Shown here one piece after another: positions 55,272 to 64,000 of a DNA stretch of 64,000 bases. Within the stretch, counting starts at the first letter, position 1. The number at the start of each line of letters is the position of its first letter. Made by a program: the position numbers and the translations under genes. This DNA is from Utricularia gibba (taxonomy: Eukaryota; Plantae; Magnoliophyta), in NCBI GenBank assembly GCA_002189035.1, contig CM007990.1, forward strand, positions 5,456,001-5,520,000, given 5' to 3'. A model generated the notes under the pieces. The model searched no databases. It was not told the DNA's origin and saw only the letters and a list, made by a program, of their open reading frames with translations.

Positions 55272-55764
55272 GACGACCAGAAGCAGAGTATGGTGCACAT
55301 AGGGTGTTGTGAGTTTGTCTGCGTGAGGAATAAGCAGCCACTCCTTATGGCTCTGTGTTTCGTGTGTTCACTGGATGAGTGTCTAGGTTCACTCCAGTTT
55401 CCAAATATCCACAAATCATCACCATCCTCAAAAAGATCAACAGAAATGTATCCAGATCATCAACTCACCTGGGTTTTGGGTATCCGATCCATAGACCCGC
55501 ATCCGAAGAGAGTCGAAATCCATTCGTCTAACCTCTCCTCTTTTTCGCAGCTAGGGCACGGGGATGATGGATGTGTATGACAAATCTGAAAATTGCTTTT
55601 GCATTCCTGTTTAGGATTATGGATTTGTCGTTGAATCGAAGGTTATCTCATCGCATTCTGCCTTTCTGTCGGGAGGTTCGTATTCCAATGCAAGATGGAT
55701 TCTTCTTGATTTTCTCTGTTTGCTGGTTACGATTCTTCTTCTGGTGTCTCAGGGGAAGGAGATC

Positions 55765-57483
55765 ATGGAGCAGGTGAACGGAAAACGGGGCGATTCTGCG
55801 TTGCACAATGCCGCTAGAACAGCGGATGTGGTTGCGGTAAGGAATGTGATCGCTGTAAGAAGTGCAGATGAATTGAGGGAGCTATTGCGTGAACAGAACT
55901 CAGCAGGGGAGACACCTCTGTACGTCGCTGTTGAGTATGGCAACCTTGAGATCGCCCAAGAGATTGTCGGGTATTATGATCTGTTAGATGCAGGGATCAA
56001 AGCTTGGAATGGATTGGATCCTCTTCACGTTGCTGTCAAACAGGGAGACTTAGGTATATGCATACACATCAAAGACAGTTACTTCAATCAGGATTGACTT
56101 CAGCAGGTCTGTAATGTTGGACAGAAATGGTGAAGCTGCTGCTCAACGAGCATCCGGAGCTTGCGATGACGGTGGATTCGAGAAACAGCACTGCACTACA
56201 GACAGCTGCGAATCAGGGATATGTCGAGATCGTGAAGTACTTCTTGGAGTTGGAGGGTAGTTTAGTGAACATAGCTAAAAGCAATGGGAAAACAGCCCTT
56301 CATTCTGCTGCAAGAAACGGGCATTCTGCTGTTGTTAGAGAGCTTCTTGACAAGGAGCCTCTTCTTATAATGAGAGCTGACAACAAGGGCCAAACACCTC
56401 TTCACATGGCTGCAAAGGGAAACAATCTTGAGGTTGTTCAAGCTCTCATTAGAGCTGATCCGTGTACCATAAATGTAGTCGATTCTAAAGGGAACACTGC
56501 ATTGCATATTGCAGCAAGGAAGGGCAGAAGACAGGTACTGTGAGAATGTATGTAATGATGATTTTTGCATGAAAGCAGCAATGATTCGAGTTGCATGAGT
56601 GATGCAGATAGTGCAGATGCTGCTTGGGAGAAAGGAAACAGACACCAAAATAGTGAACAAGTCCAAGGAGACTGCTTTGGACACAGCTGAGAAACTTGGA
56701 CATCCTGGTATAGCATCTCTGCTTCGCGATCAAGGGGTGGTGAGCGCTTCAGCGATTCCACCGGTTGCCGGGAATGTGGCTCGGGAGCTGAAAAGAACCG
56801 TAAGCGAGATAAAGCATGAAGTGCACCACCAGATGCAGCACGCTCGGCAGACAAGGAGACGAGTCCAAGGAATAGCAAAGCGTCTGGACAAAATGCACAT
56901 GGAGGGGTTGAACAATGCTGTGAACTCGACAACCGTGGTCGCAGTGCTCATAGCCACGGTGGCGTTCGCAGCCATTTTCACCGTTCCGGGTCAATACGCG
57001 GACGATCCGAGCAACATCCCACCAGGGCTGTCCCTTGGGGAAGCAAACATAGCTCCAGGGACACCGTTCTTGGTCTTTTTCATCTTTGATTCAGTGGCCC
57101 TGTTCATCTCTCTGGCGGTGGTTGTGGTACAAACTTCTGTGGTAGTTATAGAGAGTGCAGCAAAGAAGCAGATGATGGCAGTGATCAACAAGCTGATGTG
57201 GGTGGCTTGCGTATTGGTATCAGCTGCGTTCCTGTCTCTGTCATTTGTTGTGGTTGGAGAACGTGAGAAGCCTCTTGCAGTGGCCGTAACCATCATCGGA
57301 ACAGTGATAATGGTGGCGACGATAGGGACAATGTGTTATTGGGTGATCATACACCGAATCGAGAGGAAGAACTGTAAGAGCAGGCGGAAGACACTACGGC
57401 GCAGCCGGCCGAGATCGGCATCGGTGTCTGCTTCGAATTCTGAGGCCCTTGCTCCTGATTTCAAGAGGATGTACGCAATATGA
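55765..57483 (+). CDS. Ankyrin-repeat membrane protein with PGG domain (At5g02620/ITN1-like); start may lie on an upstream exon
   Basis: Multiple ANK repeats (GETPLYVA, GKTALHSAARNGH, GQTPLHMAAKG); EGLNNAVNSTTVVAVLIATVAFAAIFTVPG; four TM segments. Confidence 0.92.
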
Positions 57484-57655
57484 TTGATACAGGGACATGT
57501 AAATCTCTGGCCCTTTTACAATCAAGATAAATCATACAGCCCAGAAACAGGGGGCAGACAGACAGAGGAAACAATAGTCAATCAAGGGCTTGTTGATACA
57601 GCACAAACAACATGCTTCTTCTTCTTCATCATCATCCTTTCTTCTGGCTGCTGAT

Positions 57656-59359
57656 TCAGCCTTGGAAGAAAGTTCCTCTCTCAATCGCATCCTTATTGGC
57701 GTCACCAAGAGCAGCATCTTTGAGATAAGTCTCAGCCAACTGCACTCTTTTGACATTCTCCTGCTCCTGCACCAGCAAGTTTCCATACTCGAGCAGCTTC
57801 GCAAGGGTCATCTTCGGTTGCTCGAATGTTGGAGGCCCATCCCGTGAATTCACTAGCTTTTTCCCCACATTCTCCACCCCGATGCTGGTGACCCACTTCC
57901 GAACCTCGTCGTCGTAAACCCTAGCCCTCAAAGCCCCGAAGAAATCTGCATCGGGTTGCCAGTTAGGAGATTAATCTTGACTGAGATCAATTCTCAGAAG
58001 TTGGAAAATGGTTTTTGAAGTCGTACCGATGGACTGGCCTGGGAAGTTGTCGACGAGGGTGACGATGGCGGACTCAGGGACATCGTCTTTCTTGAAGATA
58101 CCTTTACAGACGCCAATGCGATCCTCCCGAGTAGGAGCCCAGTAGAATTTCTCCATGCGACCATCGCGAATGAGCGGTGCGTACAGCGTGGAGAAGTCGT
58201 TTCCGGTGACGATGATGGGGACGCGGGGGTTCTCCTCCTTGTTGTACATACCCGGGAGTTGCACGTTGGTGGGGTTATCGGCGATGTTCATCAAAGTGGC
58301 ATTCACCATCTGGTTGTTGACGGTGTACTGCGTGGTGCCCCCAAGACGTCCGGCGCCGGCGTCCAGATCGTTGATGAAGAGGCAGCACATTTTACCCTTC
58401 TTCTTTATGATATCCGCCGCCTCACGATACCGCTGCCGGATCAGCTTCGCTGGTTCTCCGGCATTCCCACTTTCCAACTCACCGGCGCTCATCATAATCG
58501 GCCTGAAATCGAATCACCACAGTTGCAACTCCATGAGACCAAGTTTCAGAAAACATAAAACTCTTCTTTGTTGCTTACGTGATTCCCATCTTAGCAAAAA
58601 CCAGCTCGCATTGGAATGATTTCCCCTGTCCTTTTCCTCCCCAGAGTCCCAAAATCAAGGGCACCTGCAACCACCATTCCACCATGAAATGATTTCTACT
58701 GGTAAGTTCAAGGAGCAAATAAGCAGCACCCACCTTGATGTTAGGCAAGGTCATGAAGTTTTTGGCAATGTGAATAACAAGCTTGTCCAAAAACGCCGGC
58801 GCAATGTAATAGTCCCCCACCATATTGTCAATATATCTGCAAAATTCAACTAGAATCACACTCTCCATCCCTTCCCAGAAACCAAAATCAGCAGAGAAAT
58901 CGAAGGGGTTAGGTTTGCTTACACCCTGAGACCCTGGCTGATGTAGTCGTAGGAACTGAGAACGGCATCGTGGGTACCCATTCCGTCAGGCGCCTGAAAC
59001 AGGGTATCCACCATTCCCTTACCCCTGGTAATATCCTGCTGATCGTCGGACACATCCTTAACCAATCCGCCCCATCTGTCCTTGTCCGTCTGAGTATCCT
59101 CATCGATTTCCTTAGCAGCAACAATTTTGAAGCACCTGGTAGCGGCTTTCGACGTACTCGAGGAGGAGCACACTTTCTTCAACCCAGCCCCGAGAAACGA
59201 CGAACTCGGAAGCGCCGCTGATCCATTCAATCTCACCTGCAAAATGCCAGCAATCGTGAAAAATCATATGCCAAAAAATGAAGTAACGAATTCGCACAGG
59301 AAAGAAACGGTTACCGGCAAGCGGTTGACGGCGCCGAGGCTAGAAACTGCGGTGGCCAT
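57656..59359 (-). CDS. RCA: Rubisco activase, short (beta-type) form
   Basis: Transit [15 protein letters not shown]; [12 protein letters not shown]; Walker [18 protein letters not shown]; [14 protein letters not shown]; [14 protein letters not shown]; ends [15 protein letters not shown]. Confidence 0.97.
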
Positions 59360-59479
59360 CAATTTTTCAGCTCGAGTGAGTGAAGAAGAAAAGAGCAAGG
59401 AGATGAGATATATAAGCAGCAGGGGAAGCAAGCGATATCCCCTGGAATAGCGGCCACAAGATTGGAGATTAGATGACGA

Positions 59480-59485
59480 CACGTG
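59480..59485. promoter_or_regulatory. G-box in the RCA promoter
   Basis: GACACGTGGC about 120 bp upstream of the ATG, near a TATA-like tract (~59410) and a CCAAT box (~59461). Confidence 0.55.
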
Positions 59486-60442
59486 GCGAAAAGGTAATGA
59501 ATAGGGAAACGGGTGCAGGGGAGCGCGCGTGAGGCTATCATCTCCCCTCACTTCCTCTCCACTTAAAAAGAAAAATCAATTAAATCGTCCACACGAAAAA
59601 TGGGTAAATTGAGGACCCTACGATCATACACAAATCATGGTCGGCTGCGATTCCTTCCGGCAAAACAGGGACCCCTGACCCTAACCAGGAATTCATTTTG
59701 TCCGAAAATTAGGAGGGATAATGATTTCATTCCAAATAAGAAATGTTTCTCGTGAATTCTAAAACACAATTAATTAATTAATTATTATTTTTTTATCGAA
59801 TCTCAAAAAAGAAAAAAGAAAAAGGAGATGTCTTGCATATAGTTGGTGGGATATTTACAAAACTATCTAATTATAATAATATTAAATATGATCGATTTTT
59901 TCACATGATCATTTTTCTAGATCAAAATATTTTAATATTTTAATATACACGAAAGAAAATAAGAATGACTATTAATTTTGGATTTCAGAATTTTTTTTCC
60001 AAATTTTCTGAAAATTATGAGCATTAGTTATAGAGGGGGACAAGCAACTTGAACATATAGGATCTTTTATAATTACAATAACTATATTTATAAACATTAT
60101 TCTCTTTGGTGTTTTTTTTAATAATTTATTATTATTATTTTGATATATATATATATATTACTTATTAAATATGTATTTTATGTTAAATATATCATTAATT
60201 AAAATATATTAATTAACAAATGCACAGTACCAGTTCTCCTATTATCTAATCTGCGCAGAGGGTGTTTTTTTTGACATTGCAGTTCGTGAGCCGGCTGGCC
60301 GGAGCTATGGGAACCGCCGCCGTCCGGCACATGTCATGGCGGTGATCAGATAAAAAGAGGATCATACAAATGAATTGAATGGTGTATTCACCCTACAAAC
60401 TAAAGAGGCCGGCTCATGTGGTAAGAAAAACCAAATCTAATC

Positions 60443-60904
60443 TCAGTCAACGGCCTTGCCACAGTGAAGGAACATGTTTTCTGAAGGAGTTAGGTTCAGA
60501 TCCATACACACCACTCTCCTCCCATTCCCATTAACCTTCTTCACCATCGGGATCGTCTCCGCCGCCACTGTTAAAGCCAGCGGCAGCGGTATCGATTTCC
60601 CGTCGGGAACGCTGTCTCTGTGTCGTCGCATATGCCCACCTAACGCCTGCCCCAAAGCGAACTCCAATCCGCAGACCGAACACTCATGAGTCTTCGGTTT
60701 CGGCGGCGAAGGGGGCTGCTCCGCCGACAATCTTGCCTTCTTGTGGCTCGCCCGGTGACCCCCGAGTGCCTGGAAAGATGAAAACTCCCGGTTACACGTC
60801 TTGCAGGTGAATACCCGCCCAGAGTCATCACACTGACGCGATAGCAGCATCAGGTAGCCAGCCATAAGGGCGACGTCATCTTCTGCACTTCTCTTGGCAG
60901 CCAT
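60443..60904 (-). CDS. C2H2 zinc-finger repressor, ZAT11/ZAT12-like, with EAR motif
   Basis: Two fingers with QALGGH (FTCKTCNREFSSFQALGGHRASH; HECSVCGLEFALGQALGGHMRRH); DLNLTP. Confidence 0.96.
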   Translation of the reverse strand: MAAKRSAEDDVALMAGYLMLLSRQCDDSGRVFTCKTCNREFSSFQALGGHRASHKKARLSAEQPPSPPKPKTHECSVCGLEFALGQALGGHMRRHRDSVPDGKSIPLPLALTVAAETIPMVKKVNGNGRRVVCMDLNLTPSENMFLHCGKAVD

Positions 60905-61035
60905 GAAAAAGGAAACAAAGAAACAGATGCAGAGATATATGCATGTACAGATACATCAGCATATATTGTACTTGGTTCATATAGGGAGAGGAAGTCAGAA
61001 AGTAGCTGCACATATTTTATTGCAAGCTGGAGATA

Positions 61036-61429
61036 TTGACTGAATCCAAGTCCACGGAATTTGGCGATAAGAATGAAGGTTCAATTCAACATAAACATGC
61101 TTTCCCTTTTTACACTTGGGATGTAGCTCAAGCTACACTTCTACAACTGCTACTAGCACACAATTCAAACCAACCGCCATTGATGAAGATGACTTAGCTT
61201 ACTCGGTTACCACAAACTAAAAAGTCAAACCTTTCTTCTACTGCAATCCAATGAATACGAAGTAAAGGCAACACCTTTTTCAAGTCAAACATTACAAAAC
61301 TATATTATACTTGCAGCAGTGATGCAAGTGATGAGGGGAGCATGACGGGGGACGGGGGGAGGTAAAAAAAATTCTATCTTTAAGTAAAAGCTCCTCCTTC
61401 AATGCACCAGTTGAAAGGTTTCAGGTCAA
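61036..61429. promoter_or_regulatory. W-box cluster upstream of the ZAT gene
   Basis: TTGACT 61036-61041; AGTCAA 61223-61228 and 61283-61288; GGTCAA 61424-61429. Confidence 0.5.
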
Positions 61430-61714
61430 ACTAGAAAGCGTGTGTTTGTTTTACTCGGTGACTAGAAGAAAAAACAAAGGGCTTCTAGAACCCCAGAACC
61501 AGAGCTGACGCGGCGCTCACATTTCACACAGCCATGGTCAGTGAACTTGAATTTCTTGAAGGGAATTTTATTCATTACTTTTCAGGATCTTCAAACATGG
61601 AGAAAAGTAAATTACAAGCGGACTACAGAGTCTGAATGCTCAACCAGTGGGAGAAAACCACGAACAAGGCTAAATTTATTGAATAGGAGGAGACAAGACT
61701 AAAACCTCATCGGA

Positions 61715-61987
61715 TTACTGATTTGTAGGCTCATGAGAAGATTCCTCGGAACTGGGTTTCTGGAATTTCTGTTTGAATGAATCTTGCTTCTGCATCCAAG
61801 TCATATGCCCCTGCGCATTTAGAAGCGAAAACGATTACGAAAAAATACAGCAGGCAGAGACAGGGAATCGGAGAGGGGGTATGATTTCATGAACCTGAAG
61901 TGCTGCTGCCCAGGCGATGAGGAACGAGGCGAACCATAATCTCTTGTCCTTGAGAAGCTGCCGGATTTCTGGTTTTCCGGCTTCCAT
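61715..61987 (-). CDS. 62-aa single-pass membrane microprotein of unknown function, 2 exons
   Basis: MEAGKPEIRQLLKDKRLWFASFLIAWAAALQ|GHMTWMQKQDSFKQKFQKPSSEESSHEPTNQ*; phase-0 GT-AG intron 61811-61894; resembles a conserved plant small protein as I recall it. Confidence 0.8.
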
Positions 61988-62478
61988 TTTCGCCGGCGTA
62001 ACGTAAACCCCGTCCTTCGACTTTTCTATCACCCATTAGCGGGCCGCGATGAGGCCCATATAAATGGGCCTTCAATTCGACCCCACCCAAAATCATATTC
62101 AGGCCCTTTGAACAAGAGATTTTCAAAATTATTATTATATGCAATTAATTATACTTATTGTTATATTAATTAATAGTTAAAAGTGTTATATCAATCATCT
62201 TTATTTATATTTAATTTATGAATTTTTATTAAATTATTAAACTATCTATAAATTAGAAATACGATTTTTATGTTATAATTACATATTTCTATTTTTTTCC
62301 GCCAAAAATAAAAAATATTTATAAATAAAAAAGAAATATATGACGAATTAAAAATTTTTGATTTAATAAAAATCACAACCACTAATCGAACAAAAGCTAC
62401 TTGTCAGTACAAAGGTTAAGACGTAATTAACGAGGCGAGGCTCCCACGAGTTCCATTTGAGCGCCTGCCGCCTCTTCA

Positions 62479-64000
62479 TCAGAGGTACTTGCAGCGACCG
62501 GCACCTGAATCCAGCAAGAGAAACCGGTGAGGAAACAGTGAGCACTACGGAGAAAAGGGAGCTGTTAAGAGGGAGGTACTTGGATCGGTGACGGTGAGCA
62601 GCCCGGTGCCTGAGAAGTAACAGTTGAAATCCTGCCGACCATGTGTTTGATAAAATGAGTTCATCACGAAGGAGGCGTGCGCCCTGAGGTTGTTTGGATT
62701 GAAACAAGCCCCGCCTGCCTGGATCGGGGAGCAGTCGGTGCCCTGGCTGCATACGTAGTCAATGTTGGCCTGCAGCGCGGCGGCGCTCGTCTGGGGCTTA
62801 GGTACGCACCATTTCTTTTTGGCGCCCACCGGAGCGGCTGCCACCGGAGGCTTGTTTCCGTTTCCCTGCTGAGCAGGCCACAGACAATAAGCACTAGATA
62901 CAGAAAAAAATAGCGATAAATTCGGACAAGACGCAGATCACACGGGGTCCCGACAGCAGGCACAAGGAGGAGCATCTTTCCCTTTTTCTGGACTTCACGG
63001 GGGAAGGGTAGGAATCAATCACGTGCATAGGCTTCTTTTACAGTAAAATATTAACTTTTCACTTTATTATTATTATTATTATATTTTCAAAATCCAAATT
63101 CAATTTTGCAGGTTTTACCTGGGGAGGTGCAGAAGTTGCAGAAAGTCCGGTTGGCAAGACGCCGGCGTCGTAAACGGGGCTGAAATCGGGTCTAAACAGC
63201 CCGAAGTTTTTCTCCGACAACGGCCCCGGCTTTAGATTCTCGTTAAACAACGAAAACAGATAAGTCTCAAATCTCTTCCTGGGCATCAATGGCGTCCCTC
63301 GGCCCAATTTGTGCTTTTTCACCAAACCCCCAATGTATGCCTGTGCGTTCTCAACTGAGCAACGCGGCACTTCGAAACTATCGCCGGCGGCCGCCCACCC
63401 AGTTTCTCCCACCGCAATGTCAACGTCCCCGTAGCCGAGTCTCTTCATCGAAACGAAAACAGCATCCATCAACATATCGAACATGTTCCCGTAAGTTCTC
63501 TTGCTGTAGCGATCGAAGATTCCCTTGTTGGGGAGGAATAGAGAGAAATTGGCGTTTTCCGGGCTGTAGCCGAAGAATGGGTACGGGTTCACCATAAAGG
63601 GGGATTTGGTTTCGCGGTGAAATTGCAGAACAGGGGCGAGGTTTCCGACATCCCATCCGGGTCGGAACTTCGCGAGGCTCGGGGCTCCGATGATTCGAGA
63701 ATACCCAACGAGTGCGCCGTCGTCACGTTGATATCTCGGATCCCGGAGGCAGTAAGGGCTTGGTGGAGGCTTCTCATGGCGGCGACGAGGTTGTCGCGGA
63801 GATTCTGAGGTCCCCAGTGTAGGATTTCGTTTCCGACGAGGATGTAATTGATTCTGGTTTGGGGGTGAAACGGCTGGATGTTGGCGACGACCCAATTCCT
63901 GGCAACGTCGGGGTTGGTCAGAGAAGGGATGTCGCCGTTGGGGATGGTAACGGCGACGAGGATTCCAGTGTTGGCGAAGGCGCGCAGGATGTCGGGGTTA
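62479..64000 (-). CDS. GH17 glucan endo-1,3-beta-glucosidase with X8/CBM43 domain (5' part outside the window); apparent 1-nt frameshift at 63681-63684
   Basis: ILVGNEILHW; SPFMVNPYPFF; DIAVGETGW; FSLFNENLKPG; SEKNFGLFRPD; X8 KKWCVPK...NIDYVCSQGTDCSPIQAGGACF...HASFVMNSFYQ...CYFSGTGLLTVTDPS. Confidence 0.95.

Noticed and set aside
54713-55298. Long antisense ORFs over HSP17 (and similar ones over UGT, ANK and RCA)
   Set aside because: Expected by-product of GC-rich coding sequence; no independent domains.

Overview
Gene-dense plant (probably eudicot) nuclear DNA with short introns: 20 protein-coding genes in 64 kb. In order: clade V-like MLO, MLO3-like MLO, ARF4, LBD1/11-like, a degenerate GDP-mannose pyrophosphorylase paralog, cytosolic APX, P5CS, MAM33, PP1, DAR2, a PTHR33738-type protein, RopGEF, GC1/GUCD1, UGT76-like, class I sHSP, ankyrin-PGG, Rubisco activase, ZAT-type C2H2, a 62-aa membrane microprotein and a GH17-X8 glucanase. 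The left end holds an apparently young Ty1/Copia element (open gag-pol, tRNA-Trp-type PBS) whose LTR abuts or overlaps the last exon of the clade V MLO, which lacks its usual terminal D/E-F-S/T-F motif. Other highlights: a VTC1 paralog with an eroded catalytic site next to APX, a duplicated AT-rich block carrying an orphan ORF, and a Tourist-like MITE between the two divergent MLOs. Six frameshifts in five genes all fall in G/C homopolymers and are each repaired by +1 nt, which suggests assembly errors rather than pseudogenes. All family assignments are from memory and manual translation; no database searches were run.
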